From positions 1 to 21,022 of IMG/VR virus record IMGVR_UViG_2974636330_000001: a stretch of 21,022 nucleotides of DNA, one strand, 5' to 3'. The notes under the pieces are model-generated. The model was not told the DNA's origin. It was given only the letters and a program-made list of their open reading frames with translations, and searched no databases. The translations under genes and the position numbers were made by a program. This DNA is from a virus. Lineage: Duplodnaviria; Heunggongvirae; Uroviricota; Caudoviricetes. Below, piece by piece: positions 7,516-16,548 of the stretch; within the stretch, counting starts at the first letter, position 1; each line of letters opens with the position of its first letter.

Positions 7516-8127
7516 GTGGTGAGGATTGTTACTGAAGCTGATGTACGGGCACGCATGGCGCTGTCGAATGACCTGCTGGGCGTGACGGCCACGATTGAGT
7601 CGGCCCTTACCGCAGCGCACCTCCGAATTGAAACCGAGTACGGTAGCCGACTGGCTTACGGGGTGGGCGATGACACGTTCTACCTCGACTCGGTGATCCA
7701 CAACGGGGTACGCCCGGGCGGCATGTTCCGTCTGGAGCTGAAGCACGGCTTCGTACGTGATGCTCCGGTGGTAGTGGAGACGGCGTTCTCCCAGAACAGC
7801 CTGTGGGCGAACCCCGCAGAGCCAATTGCGAACACCTCGGTGACGGTGGATGCCGAGCGTGGCATTGTCTACGTGCCGGAGAGCTACCAGAATCGCTACG
7901 TCCGAATCCAGTACGAGTACGGGTTCAAGGACGACGAAGGTGATCTGGCCCCGGACTGGCTGAAGGAAGCGATCCTCGCCTACGTGCCGGTGGTGTTCAA
8001 CTTCTCGAACCCGGGCAACAACGATCCCAAGCAGGAAAAGATGAATCGTCAGAGCGGTGACCACGCACTGGCAATTCTGGCCCCGTACACCCGAAACATC
8101 GGGTTCTGCCTGCGCCCGGTGTACTGA
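7516..8127 (+). CDS. Probable head-tail adaptor / head completion protein, 203 aa
   Basis: Position after capsid. N-terminal IVTEADVRARMAL...IESALTAAHLRIETE and C-terminal YEYGF...APDWLKEAILAY...ALAILAPY resemble gp6/gp15-type adaptors. Confidence 0.7.
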   Translation: MVRIVTEADVRARMALSNDLLGVTATIESALTAAHLRIETEYGSRLAYGVGDDTFYLDSVIHNGVRPGGMFRLELKHGFVRDAPVVVETAFSQNSLWANPAEPIANTSVTVDAERGIVYVPESYQNRYVRIQYEYGFKDDEGDLAPDWLKEAILAYVPVVFNFSNPGNNDPKQEKMNRQSGDHALAILAPYTRNIGFCLRPVY

Positions 8128-8549
8128 TGCTTCGGATCACCATTGACGACAAGCAGATTGACGAAGCGCTGGAGCTGATTTCCGGCGCTGTCGATCCTGT
8201 GAAGTTGGTGGATGAAGCGGCAGCCATTCTGTTGTCCCGTATCCGTAGGCGCTATCTGGACCAGACGGCACCAGACGGCACGAAGTGGGTTCCCTCGTAC
8301 GCAGCCCAGTTGCGAGCCAAGAGTGGGCGCGGGGGTGGAACCCTGTACGACACGGGACGACTGTTCAACTCGATCCAGTTGTATGCCGATACGGACACGT
8401 CACGTCTGATCGGCACCGATGTTCCATACGGCAAGATTCACAACGACGGCATCGGAGTCATTCGCCGCCAGTTCCTCGGCGCGAACGAAGAAGACATGGG
8501 CCTGATGGTGAAGCTGGTCGTCAACCGAATCAAGAAGGCACTGGGATGA
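8127..8549 (+). CDS. Phage virion morphogenesis protein (Mu gpG / P2 gpS-like), 140 aa
   Basis: APDGTKWVP, LYDTGRLFNSI, IGTDVPYGKIHNDG and IRRQFLG match this family's pattern. Confidence 0.85.
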   Translation: MLRITIDDKQIDEALELISGAVDPVKLVDEAAAILLSRIRRRYLDQTAPDGTKWVPSYAAQLRAKSGRGGGTLYDTGRLFNSIQLYADTDTSRLIGTDVPYGKIHNDGIGVIRRQFLGANEEDMGLMVKLVVNRIKKALG

Positions 8550-8995
8550 GTCAGAACGTAAACGAGATTCTGGATGACGTGAAAGTGAAGTTGCAATCAA
8601 TTGCAACGTTCAACAATCAGGTTGTACACATATTGACCGAAGAGGACTTCTTCAAGAAGATTCAGGGCGCGAAGCCCCCTGCGGTCGGAGTCCTGTACGA
8701 AGGTATCCGTGCCAAGCCGGAAGCGAACAAGGACTCCCACAAGGTCGGCCTGTCCAATGAGCTGGGCATGGCACTGGTGCTGGCGATGCAGTCCACGTCC
8801 CCGGTGGGTGGCGATCTGCGCGGCACGGCTATCGAGTACCTCGACAAGATGCGGGACGTACTGAAGGACACGCGATCCCTGTCGGGACACTTCTGGAGGT
8901 TCGAACTGGAAGCCCCGGTGGCAGAGAAGGGTGGTTACTCCCTGTGGATTCAGCGGTGGTCCACGACGGTACAGATGACGAAGAAGACACCGTAA
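8546..8995 (+). CDS. Probable tail terminator / tail completion protein, 149 aa
   Basis: ATGA overlap with the previous gene (the track's 8285 start overlaps that gene). Size, position before the tube gene, and PAVGVLYEG / WIQRWST beta-strand pattern. Confidence 0.6.
   Translation: MSQNVNEILDDVKVKLQSIATFNNQVVHILTEEDFFKKIQGAKPPAVGVLYEGIRAKPEANKDSHKVGLSNELGMALVLAMQSTSPVGGDLRGTAIEYLDKMRDVLKDTRSLSGHFWRFELEAPVAEKGGYSLWIQRWSTTVQMTKKTP
8592..8605. repeat. TGCAATCAATTGCA copy 4 (in CDS, encodes LQSIA; arms extend to GTTGCAAT-CA-ATTGCAAC, 8590-8607)
   Basis: Exact copy. Confidence 0.95.
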
Positions 8996-8999
8996 GTTG

Positions 9000-9028
9000 T
9001 TGTTAGGTGCCGGAGTGCGGCATAGAAT
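9000..9028 (+). promoter_or_regulatory. Sigma70-like promoter for the tail tube operon
   Basis: TTGTTA (9000-9005), 17 bp, TAGAAT (9023-9028), in the 8996-9067 gap; AAAGGAG RBS downstream. Confidence 0.7.
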
Positions 9029-9067
9029 AGGTTGACTGCAACATCACACCACTGAAAGGAGAGCAAC

Positions 9068-9361
9068 ATGGCCTTGAAAGACCTGAAGTACGTTGGCTAC
9101 GGCGGAACTGGCCTGACCGACAAGCTTCCCGACGCCGTTCGTCAGCTGCAAACGTTCAAGCAGGCCATCGTTGATGGCGCGGCTGCCAACACCAATATCG
9201 CCGTCGCCGGGATCACCACCAAGGCACACATCCTGTCGGTGGCGGACCTGACGACCCCCGCCATGGTGACCGCTGCGGCGACCCTCCCGTCGAACGGGAA
9301 CATCCGCATCGCTGGCGACACCACGGGCAAGAAGTTGCTCGTCACCTATCTGGCGGGCTAA
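9068..9361 (+). CDS. Hypothetical protein, 97 aa; candidate virion decoration protein
   Basis: Strong RBS and codon bias; A/T/G-rich beta-type sequence; first gene after a promoter. Confidence 0.75.
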   Translation: MALKDLKYVGYGGTGLTDKLPDAVRQLQTFKQAIVDGAAANTNIAVAGITTKAHILSVADLTTPAMVTAAATLPSNGNIRIAGDTTGKKLLVTYLAG

Positions 9362-9371
9362 GGAGAAGAAC

Positions 9372-9746
9372 GTGGCTGACAAAGAGAAGACCGTCGAAGT
9401 CACCCTGTCGAAGAAGCACCAGCACGAAGGTGTGGAGCGTCAGAAGGGTGAAGTCATCGAAGTGAAGGTGAGCGATCTGCCGCTGCTGGAAGATTTCAAG
9501 GTGGTGGAAGAAGGTTCGGTGCAGCCGACCGGCACCCACCAGAAGAAGCTGGACGACGAAGCCAAGAAGAAGGCCGACGAGTTCCAGACGCGCATCGACA
9601 ACATCAACAAGAGCGTCCCGGACAAGGTGGATGACGTGAAGCCGGAAACGGTGGAAGTCAAGTCTCCGACCCCGGCGGCCCCGGCCACCGAAGTTACCAA
9701 GACCCCGGTTTCGGGCGCTGGTAACGTGAACAAGGAGACCAAGTAA
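9372..9746 (+). CDS. Hypothetical protein, 124 aa
   Basis: AAGGAG RBS, GTG start, and stop overlapping the tube ATG (TAATG). Short N-terminal domain plus P/T-rich tail. Confidence 0.75.
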   Translation: MADKEKTVEVTLSKKHQHEGVERQKGEVIEVKVSDLPLLEDFKVVEEGSVQPTGTHQKKLDDEAKKKADEFQTRIDNINKSVPDKVDDVKPETVEVKSPTPAAPATEVTKTPVSGAGNVNKETK

Positions 9747-10501
9747 TGTACTTCTCTGGACAAGGCAAGGTGTACATCGCCGAGCGTGATTCGGTGACTG
9801 GCCGCCCCGGCGCGTTCCGCTTCGTCGGCAACGTCCCGGAACTGCGCATCAGCATGTCGGTGGACAACCTCGAACACAAGGAGTCCATGTCGGGTTCCCG
9901 CCTGACCGACCTGCGTATCACCCGTGAGAAGACCTGCGAACTGGCCTTCACGCTGGAAGACTTCAGCGTCGAGAACCTGTCGCTGGGCATGTACGGCGCA
10001 ACGACCGAGCTGTCCGGTGCCACGGTCACCGCCGAGCCGCTGCCCGCAGGTCTGAAGGCTGGCGACTACGTGCGTCTCGACAATCCGAACGTGTCGAGCC
10101 TCGTGGTGAAGGACGGCAGCGCCACCCCGGTGACGCTGGTGGAAGGCACGGACTACCGGGTCGAGTCGGCTGCGTTCGGCACGATCCAGATTCTGACCGC
10201 GCTGACCGGCAAGACCCAGCCGCTGACTGCCGCCTACACCTCGACCACCGGTGGCAAGAGCGTCAACATGTTCTCGGCTCCGTCGAAGGAGCGTTGGATT
10301 CGCTTCGAGGGCCTGAACACCGCCGACGAGAACAAGCCGGTGCTGGTCGAGCTGTACCGTACCACCCTCGACCCGATGAGCGAGCTGTCGCTGATCTCGG
10401 ATGATCTGCTGAAGCTGGAGCTGTCCGGCGCGGTGCTGTATGATCAGACCAAGATCGCAAACGCGGCACTCGGCCAGTTCGGACGGGTCGTGATGTTGTG
10501 A
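9746..10501 (+). CDS. Major tail (tube) protein, 251 aa
   Basis: MYFSGQGKVY...FRFVGNVPELRIS...EHKESMSG...FTLEDFSVENLSLGMYG is typical of siphovirus tube proteins of YuA/chi-like phages. It precedes the chaperone and tape measure genes. Confidence 0.88.
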   Translation: MYFSGQGKVYIAERDSVTGRPGAFRFVGNVPELRISMSVDNLEHKESMSGSRLTDLRITREKTCELAFTLEDFSVENLSLGMYGATTELSGATVTAEPLPAGLKAGDYVRLDNPNVSSLVVKDGSATPVTLVEGTDYRVESAAFGTIQILTALTGKTQPLTAAYTSTTGGKSVNMFSAPSKERWIRFEGLNTADENKPVLVELYRTTLDPMSELSLISDDLLKLELSGAVLYDQTKIANAALGQFGRVVML

Positions 10502-10517
10502 TCCTTCGGGATTAGAC

Positions 10518-11012
10518 ATGGCGGAAAAGATTGAGGCTGCCGAGAGCAAGGAAGCTCCGGCAGTAACCCCCAAGGAGCAGCCGGACCCGTTCAAGGAGCT
10601 TGAAGTCTTTGGACCCGAACCGGAAGTAATGAGTACGTCCATCGGCGAGATTGAAGTTCGTCCGATGAAGATGGGCCAGATTCGCAAGATGACCAACCTC
10701 GGCAAGGAACTGATGCCGCTGGTCATGCAGGTGGTCCAGCAGTTGAAAGCAACAGGCGAAATCAGCGTCACCGCGCTAGGAGAGATTACCGGTGACAGCT
10801 TCTTCCAAATTATCGGCATCGCCATCAACAGAAAGCCTGAAGAGCTGGACGAGATGGAACCCGATGAGTTTGTGAGGGTGGTGGCGAAAGTCCTTGTCGT
10901 GAACATGGATTTTTTTGCCCAGAAGCTCCCGCAGATTCTGGCCGCATCCGCAGAAAGCGTGCGACGCGAAGCACAGCGGACCGGAGTTGGGCGTATGCTG
11001 TCCAAAAGCTGA
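10518..11012 (+). CDS. Tail assembly chaperone (lambda gpG-equivalent), 164 aa
   Basis: Between tube and tape measure; IEVRPMKMGQI and VLVVNMDFF, with a slippery T7 run at DFF. Confidence 0.85.
   Translation: MAEKIEAAESKEAPAVTPKEQPDPFKELEVFGPEPEVMSTSIGEIEVRPMKMGQIRKMTNLGKELMPLVMQVVQQLKATGEISVTALGEITGDSFFQIIGIAINRKPEELDEMEPDEFVRVVAKVLVVNMDFFAQKLPQILAASAESVRREAQRTGVGRMLSKS
10910..10916 (+). other. -1 programmed ribosomal frameshift site T TTT TTT
   Basis: GAT TTT TTT GCC in frame 0 fits X XXY YYZ; the -1 frame is open from 10868 to TGA 11195-11197. Confidence 0.75.
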
Positions 11013-11197
11013 TCCGGCACGGCCATCGTCTCGAAGACATTTCCGAGTACACGTTCGCGCAGTTCAACCTCTTCTTGAAGGCTGTAGTTCAAGTTGAAAT
11101 GGATGAACAGCGCGCCACGTTGAACCTGCTGCGCGGGAGCCAGATAGGTAAAGCCTCGGACTACAAGAAGTTCCTGAAAGACCACTTCGGCGACTGA
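10916..11197 (+). CDS. Frameshift extension of tail chaperone (gpT-equivalent); fusion about 226 aa
   Basis: The -1 frame reads CPEAPADSG...SWAYAVQKLIRHGHRLEDISEYTFAQFNLFLKAVVQVE...KKFLKDHFGD* and ends 5 nt before the tape measure ATG. It is not in the ORF track because it has no upstream start. Confidence 0.75.
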   Translation, partial: CPEAPADSGRIRRKRATRSTADRSWAYAVQKLIRHGHRLEDISEYTFAQFNLFLKAVVQVEMDEQRATLNLLRGSQIGKASDYKKFLKDHFGD

Positions 11198-11202
11198 GAA
11201 AG

Positions 11203-14200
11203 ATGGCGACCAACACCCCAGAAGTAAGTATCCGCGTAATGGTTGAAAACGGCCAAGTCAAGGTCGGTGTCAATCAGGTAAAGACGGAAATCAAGTCCCT
11301 CGGTCCGGCTGTGCAGCAGGCAAGTGCGCAGGCAGCCGGGAACTTGGAGCCGATCAACGCGAAGCTCAGTCAGATTCAGGACAACCTGCAAATGGTTGGC
11401 CAGTTTGCTGGTGCGTATCTGGGGTTCTCCGCCATCAAGAACGGTCTGTCTGGGCTGGTGCAGGCGCAGATGGCCTTGCAGCAGATTCAGAACGGCCTTC
11501 AGGCAGCATCGGGGTCGGCAGCGGGAGGCGCGCAGGAGTTCGCCTTCCTGTCTGACATGGCCGAGCGCGTCGGTGTCCGGTTGGTGGACGCCGGTAATGC
11601 GTACGCTGCGTACTACTCGGCCGCGAAGGCGGCCAACCTGACCACGGCAGAGACCCGAGACCTGTTCCAGTCCACGGCTGAGGCAGGCGCGGTGTTCAAC
11701 CTGTCCGCACAGCAGGTAGACGCGGCGCTGCTGGCGCTCCAGCAGATGATGGCGCAGGGCACGATCCGTACGCAGGAGCTGAACTACCAGTTGGGTACGG
11801 CCCTGCCCGGTTCGTTCGCCAAGTTCAAGCAGCTGGTGGAGAGCCGGAAGCTGGTTCCGGACTTCAACAAGGCGCTGTCGGAAGGCGCGTTCGACGTGAA
11901 GACCTTCGCCCCGGTGCTGTCGGAGGCGATCCAGAGCCTGTATTCGCAGGAAGATTTGAACCGAGCGGCAGACGATTTGACCTCGCAGTTCGCCAAGATG
12001 GAGAACGCATGGGTCAAGTTCAAGGCGTCGTTCGTTGAAGGCGAGTTCCAGAACACTCTGTCGAATGTCATCGGTGGGCTGGCTGGCCTGACCAATGCGC
12101 TGGCGTCCGCCAACAAGGGGATCGGCGGCGAAGCAGTGATGATCGGCACGGCAGTGGCCGCGTTCTCCCTGTTCGCCAAGGGCACGAATGTCGTCACCGA
12201 CAACCTCGTGAAGATGGGTCAGTCGTTCGTGGACGCCACCGGCATCACGAAGGCAGCGGCTGCGGCTCAGGTGATCTCCACTGAGGCGGCACTGACCGAA
12301 GCCAAGGCCCAGCAGCAGTCGGCGGCTTCAGCGGCTTCAGCGGCTGCGGTGAAGGTTGCCCAGACGGAGGCGAATGCTGCCCTGACGGCATCGGCGCTGG
12401 CGAATGCGGAAGCGACTCTGGCCAGTACCCGTGCGAACGTGGCTGCCGGTGAATCCACGGCTGCCCTGACGGCGGCTGAGAATCTGGCTGCGGCGGCAGC
12501 GGCCCGACATGCTGAGGCCCTTCAGGCTGCGACGGTGGCCAAGGCCAACGCGACCATTGCGAACCGCACGCTGGCCACGTCGAACACGACTGTCGCTACT
12601 GCCACCTCCGCTGCGGGTCTGGCAGCAGCCCGTACGGCGGGCCAGATGAGCGTGATGACCATCGCGGCGGGGGCCTTGCGCACCGGTCTGGGTGGAGTGT
12701 TGTCGCTGCTGGGAGGTTGGCCGGGTGTTGTGCTGGCTGCCGGTGCGGCGCTGATCTACTTCGCCACCCGTGCGAGCGAAGCGAAGAAGGCGACGGACGA
12801 GTTCATTACCAGTCTGGATACGTCCTTCCAGAAGATGACGGAGTTCGCAGGCCGCCGTAAGGAACTGTCGAACCTCGAAGTCCTGCTGCGTAAGCAGGAA
12901 CAGGAAGGCAACACGGCAGAGGCCGAGAAGACTCGCGCCACCATCCGCCGCCTGAGCGGTGACCTTGCTGATCAGCGTCGTGATCTGGAGACCCAACAGG
13001 TCCGTGATCGTGCGGCTGCGACCGACCGCGAGCGCAAGCTGAAGGAAGCACAGGACGCCCTGAACAAGCAGGCATCTGTCAACGCTGGCCCGGGGGGTCT
13101 GGGTAGCGGCAGTGAGGCAAACGACGCCCGGCTGTTGAACGCCTACCAGCGTGCGCAGGAGCGAGTGACTGAAGCCCAGCGTGCCCTTGATGCGGCCAAT
13201 CAGGCTGTCAACCTGAGCCAGAAGAACCTCGACGCTTCCCGTGAAGCGGCGGCGCGTGGTGATGCTGCCCGCGCTCTGGATCAGGCCAAGGCTCAGGTGA
13301 AGTCGGCCACTGAAGCCTCGGACGAAGCGAAGCGCAAGGCTGATCAGGCCATTGAAGAGCTGCGCAACCCGGAGGCGAAGGTCACCAACGCCATCAAGAA
13401 CGCAGAAACGGAGTTCAAAAAGAAGAACCCGAATCTGGATGTTTCGACTGGTGAAGGCGCGGAACTGCTGAAGCAGTACACGGACGCGGCTGCCCAGCAG
13501 GTTCGTGTGGAACAGGCTCAGGCGGCTGCCAAGAAGGAAGTGGCCGGGGCCGAGCGGGAGAAGAACAGCGAAGCGAAGGAAGCCGAGCGTCTGGCCCGTA
13601 TGCAGCAGAAGGCGGAGAACCAGACCGCCGATGCGATCCGCAACCTCGACCAGATCACCACCGACGCCACGAATGGTCTCCGCGAGCAGAACCAAGCCCG
13701 CGACCAGATGGAGGCATCGCTGCGGCAGATCGAGGACCAGATTTACCAGACGACCCGCCAGATCAACGAGTCGAAGCTGTCGGATGCGGAGAAGGCTACT
13801 TCCCTGCAATCAATTGCAGAGAAGGCTGACCTCGCCCGGGCCGCCGTCCAGAAGCTGGGCGCTGCGGAGGAACAGCGTGCCCGTGATGAACTGCGGAAGG
13901 CTGCCCGCGAAGACAACAACGCCGATTCCTTCCAGTTGGCTCAGGACGCCTTGCTGAGGAAGGGTGACGACAAGTCGCTGGATCAGGCCAACCGGAATGA
14001 AATTGACAACTACTACCAGAACAAGCTGACTGGCCTTCAGGAGAACTTCAAGGGCCGACTGGAGACCTCGGAGTACACGACTTCGTTCCAAGAACTTCAG
14101 GCGAACTGGGAAACGGCGCTGGCCAACATGTCCACGGTGGCCCAGCAGCGCGGTGATGAAATCCAGCAGAACCTGTCGGGGGCATGGTCGAACGCCCTGA

Positions 14201-14958
14201 TGGGGATGCTGTCTGGCACCATGACTTGGCAGCAGGGCTTGCAGTCGATCTTCACCTCGATCTACCAGTCGTTCCTTCAGACGATGGTGGTGCAGCCGTT
14301 GGCTGATATGGCGGCACGTTGGCTGCGGGAGACGATCCTGCAACAGACGTTCCTGACCATGCAGACCACGCAGCAGGCGACTGCCAGTGCCCAGAACATG
14401 GCCATCAAGCAGACGGAATCGACTGCGGCAGTGTCGGCCAACGCGGCAACGGCGGCGTCTGGTGCGGCGGCTTCGCAGGCATCGATCCCGTATGCAGGCC
14501 CGGCGTTGGCTATCGCAGCCATGATCGCCATCTTCGCTGCGGTGATGGCCATCCAGAAGAAGAAAGACGGTGGTTCGATTAGAGGCCCGGGAACGGGTAC
14601 GTCTGACTCGGTGCCGATTCTGGCATCGAATGGCGAGTACATGATCAAGGCTTCCTCGGTGCAAAAGTACGGAGTCGGCTTCTTGGACTCGGTGAACGAG
14701 GGGTCTCTGGATGTTGGTAAGTCTCCGATGGGCCGCGTTCATACGCCCAAGTACACGTATGCAGATGGTGGTCTGGTTACGCCTATGCCCGGATCGAACA
14801 GCCCGAAGGAAGGCGACCGTGCGGCTGCGGGTGTACGGGTGGTCAACGTGCTTGACCCCCGACTGTTCGAGGACTACATCAACAGTGCAGAGGGTGAGAA
14901 GTCCATCCTGAATGTCATTGAAAAGAATCCGCGTCGCGTCAAACAATCCATTGGGTGA
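11203..14958 (+). CDS. Tail tape measure protein, 1251 aa
   Basis: N-terminal tape-measure domain (ALQQMMAQGTIRTQELNYQLGTALPG), long Ala-rich and coiled-coil regions, and C-terminal GGSIRGPGTGTSDSVPILASNGEYMIKASSV motif. Confidence 0.96.
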   Translation: MATNTPEVSIRVMVENGQVKVGVNQVKTEIKSLGPAVQQASAQAAGNLEPINAKLSQIQDNLQMVGQFAGAYLGFSAIKNGLSGLVQAQMALQQIQNGLQAASGSAAGGAQEFAFLSDMAERVGVRLVDAGNAYAAYYSAAKAANLTTAETRDLFQSTAEAGAVFNLSAQQVDAALLALQQMMAQGTIRTQELNYQLGTALPGSFAKFKQLVESRKLVPDFNKALSEGAFDVKTFAPVLSEAIQSLYSQEDLNRAADDLTSQFAKMENAWVKFKASFVEGEFQNTLSNVIGGLAGLTNALASANKGIGGEAVMIGTAVAAFSLFAKGTNVVTDNLVKMGQSFVDATGITKAAAAAQVISTEAALTEAKAQQQSAASAASAAAVKVAQTEANAALTASALANAEATLASTRANVAAGESTAALTAAENLAAAAAARHAEALQAATVAKANATIANRTLATSNTTVATATSAAGLAAARTAGQMSVMTIAAGALRTGLGGVLSLLGGWPGVVLAAGAALIYFATRASEAKKATDEFITSLDTSFQKMTEFAGRRKELSNLEVLLRKQEQEGNTAEAEKTRATIRRLSGDLADQRRDLETQQVRDRAAATDRERKLKEAQDALNKQASVNAGPGGLGSGSEANDARLLNAYQRAQERVTEAQRALDAANQAVNLSQKNLDASREAAARGDAARALDQAKAQVKSATEASDEAKRKADQAIEELRNPEAKVTNAIKNAETEFKKKNPNLDVSTGEGAELLKQYTDAAAQQVRVEQAQAAAKKEVAGAEREKNSEAKEAERLARMQQKAENQTADAIRNLDQITTDATNGLREQNQARDQMEASLRQIEDQIYQTTRQINESKLSDAEKATSLQSIAEKADLARAAVQKLGAAEEQRARDELRKAAREDNNADSFQLAQDALLRKGDDKSLDQANRNEIDNYYQNKLTGLQENFKGRLETSEYTTSFQELQANWETALANMSTVAQQRGDEIQQNLSGAWSNALMGMLSGTMTWQQGLQSIFTSIYQSFLQTMVVQPLADMAARWLRETILQQTFLTMQTTQQATASAQNMAIKQTESTAAVSANAATAASGAAASQASIPYAGPALAIAAMIAIFAAVMAIQKKKDGGSIRGPGTGTSDSVPILASNGEYMIKASSVQKYGVGFLDSVNEGSLDVGKSPMGRVHTPKYTYADGGLVTPMPGSNSPKEGDRAAAGVRVVNVLDPRLFEDYINSAEGEKSILNVIEKNPRRVKQSIG
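13805..13818. repeat. TGCAATCAATTGCA copy 5 (in tape measure gene, encodes LQSIA)
   Basis: Exact copy. Confidence 0.95.
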
Positions 14959-14964
14959 AGAAGA

Positions 14965-16548
14965 ATGAGCGTTATCAAGGGAACGGCCAACGGGCACTAC
15001 GATTTCCTGAACCAGTTGCAGGCGATCCTGTGTGATGCTGGCCATGCGTGGAACAAGTCGTACACCGGAACCGGTAATGGCCGTATCACCGGCATGAATG
15101 AAGAGTCTGGTGGATACGTTGGTGGGCCTGACTCCATCGCGGAGACCTTCACGATTACTGCCACCAGCCCCACCCAGTTTTCGGTGGAAGGTTCGGTGTC
15201 GGGTGTGATTGGGACCACGGCGGTGAATGTGGCGTTCAACCACGCGAAGCTGAAGTTCCGCATTGTGCCGGGAACCACGGCCTTCGTTGCCGGTGACAAG
15301 TTCATCCTGAACACCACCCCGAAGTGGCAGTTGGTGCGGCGCATCGGCACCCGGGGATCGGCTTACCGTCCTTCGGACATGGTGAACTCGCAGAACCTGT
15401 GGTCTACGGATCAGGAGTATGCGAGCAAGCCCGCCGCCCAGCTTCCGGCCCATGCTGGCATCCAGTTGATCAAAGAAGAGGTGGTGGGGCAGTTCGTGAT
15501 CCGGGCCTACAACGGCAGCGGAAACTTCACTCCGAAGTCGTTCGACCTTCAGTATTCGGATGATGGTGTGAACTACACGACGGCCCAGAGCTGGGCGGAC
15601 GTGGTGATCGCCTCGAACGAAGCCAAGGCTTTCGACGTGACGGAGGCGGTGACCCCGCACTTGTACTGGCGGCTGCGGTTCAAGACCACGGCGGTGGACA
15701 ATGTTGAAGTGCGCGTGGCGGCTCTGGAGTTCCGGCGCAGCGCAGGTGACACCTTCACCATCTCCGGAGGGGCGGAAGTCCTGTTCAAGGCCCCGGGTCT
15801 GGGTGGGTTGGAGTCGATCTTGGTGGGCTGCGAGCTGTACGAAAGTGTGTCCAGTGCGGTGTACAACCTGAACTGGTATGCGCCCCGCAACTTCGATGAC
15901 AAGAAGCGGCTGCGGAACATGCTGCCGTCTTCGGGTTTTGTCGGCACTCCGATGACGAACCAGTCGTTCAACTTCTGGGTGTTCGTGAATGGCCAGCGGG
16001 TGATCATCGTGTGCCGTATCGGTTCGGTGTACATCGGAGGCTACTTCGGCTTCGGCAACCCGTATGAAATCCAGACCAACCATCAGTACCCGATGATTCT
16101 GGGCGGCTGTACGGACGAAGAGGCGACGCGGTTCGATACGACCAATGCGGAGAATCGCATCTACTGCAACCCGGGACGGTGGACGCTGAGGGCGTTCTAC
16201 CCGGCATCGGGGTGGGTGCGACATGCGAACCTGCGGGAAGTCGGCAACAACGTCGCAGCTGGTTCGGGTGTGGAGGACGGAAAGGTATTCCCGGCAGCGA
16301 TGGTGGGCAGCGGGGATGTGCGCTACCTGTACCGTGACAACGTAGACGGAAGCCTGCCGATGTTCCCCAGTGTGATCGGTGGAGCCAACCCCCGGCACAT
16401 GTGGGGCGAGTTCGACGGGGTGTACTGGACCACTGGATTCAACAACCTCCCGGAGGCGATAATTACCCGTGAGGGCTTCGACCACATGGTGTTCCAAGAC
16501 ATGTTCCGCACCACCTACCAAGACTACTACGCAGTGAGGATGGACTGA
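14965..16548 (+). CDS. Tail-tip virion structural protein with inserted discoidin (F5/8 type C)-like module, 527 aa
   Basis: First gene after tape measure; MSVIKGTANGHYDFLNQL N-terminus resembles YuA/chi-like virion proteins. Internal TPKSFDLQYSDDGVNYTT...HLYWRLRF...VAALEF fits a discoidin/CBM32 pattern. Confidence 0.7.
   Translation: MSVIKGTANGHYDFLNQLQAILCDAGHAWNKSYTGTGNGRITGMNEESGGYVGGPDSIAETFTITATSPTQFSVEGSVSGVIGTTAVNVAFNHAKLKFRIVPGTTAFVAGDKFILNTTPKWQLVRRIGTRGSAYRPSDMVNSQNLWSTDQEYASKPAAQLPAHAGIQLIKEEVVGQFVIRAYNGSGNFTPKSFDLQYSDDGVNYTTAQSWADVVIASNEAKAFDVTEAVTPHLYWRLRFKTTAVDNVEVRVAALEFRRSAGDTFTISGGAEVLFKAPGLGGLESILVGCELYESVSSAVYNLNWYAPRNFDDKKRLRNMLPSSGFVGTPMTNQSFNFWVFVNGQRVIIVCRIGSVYIGGYFGFGNPYEIQTNHQYPMILGGCTDEEATRFDTTNAENRIYCNPGRWTLRAFYPASGWVRHANLREVGNNVAAGSGVEDGKVFPAAMVGSGDVRYLYRDNVDGSLPMFPSVIGGANPRHMWGEFDGVYWTTGFNNLPEAIITREGFDHMVFQDMFRTTYQDYYAVRMD

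Noticed and set aside
10915-11097. 60-aa + strand ORF near the slippery site
   Set aside because: It is the +1 frame. The -1 frame carries the chaperone-like sequence and reaches the tape measure gene.
12322-12345. GCGGCTTCA x2.7 tandem repeat in the tape measure gene
   Set aside because: It simply encodes Ala/Ser low-complexity sequence (AAS repeats), which is ordinary for tape measure proteins.
13810-16521. 903-aa minus-strand ORF and other long antisense ORFs (4080-5366, 5324-6379, 9440-11185, 12337-13809, 17480-19240)
   Set aside because: They mirror real + strand genes. Stop-poor antisense frames are expected with strong GC3 bias, and they show no RBS or protein-like motifs.
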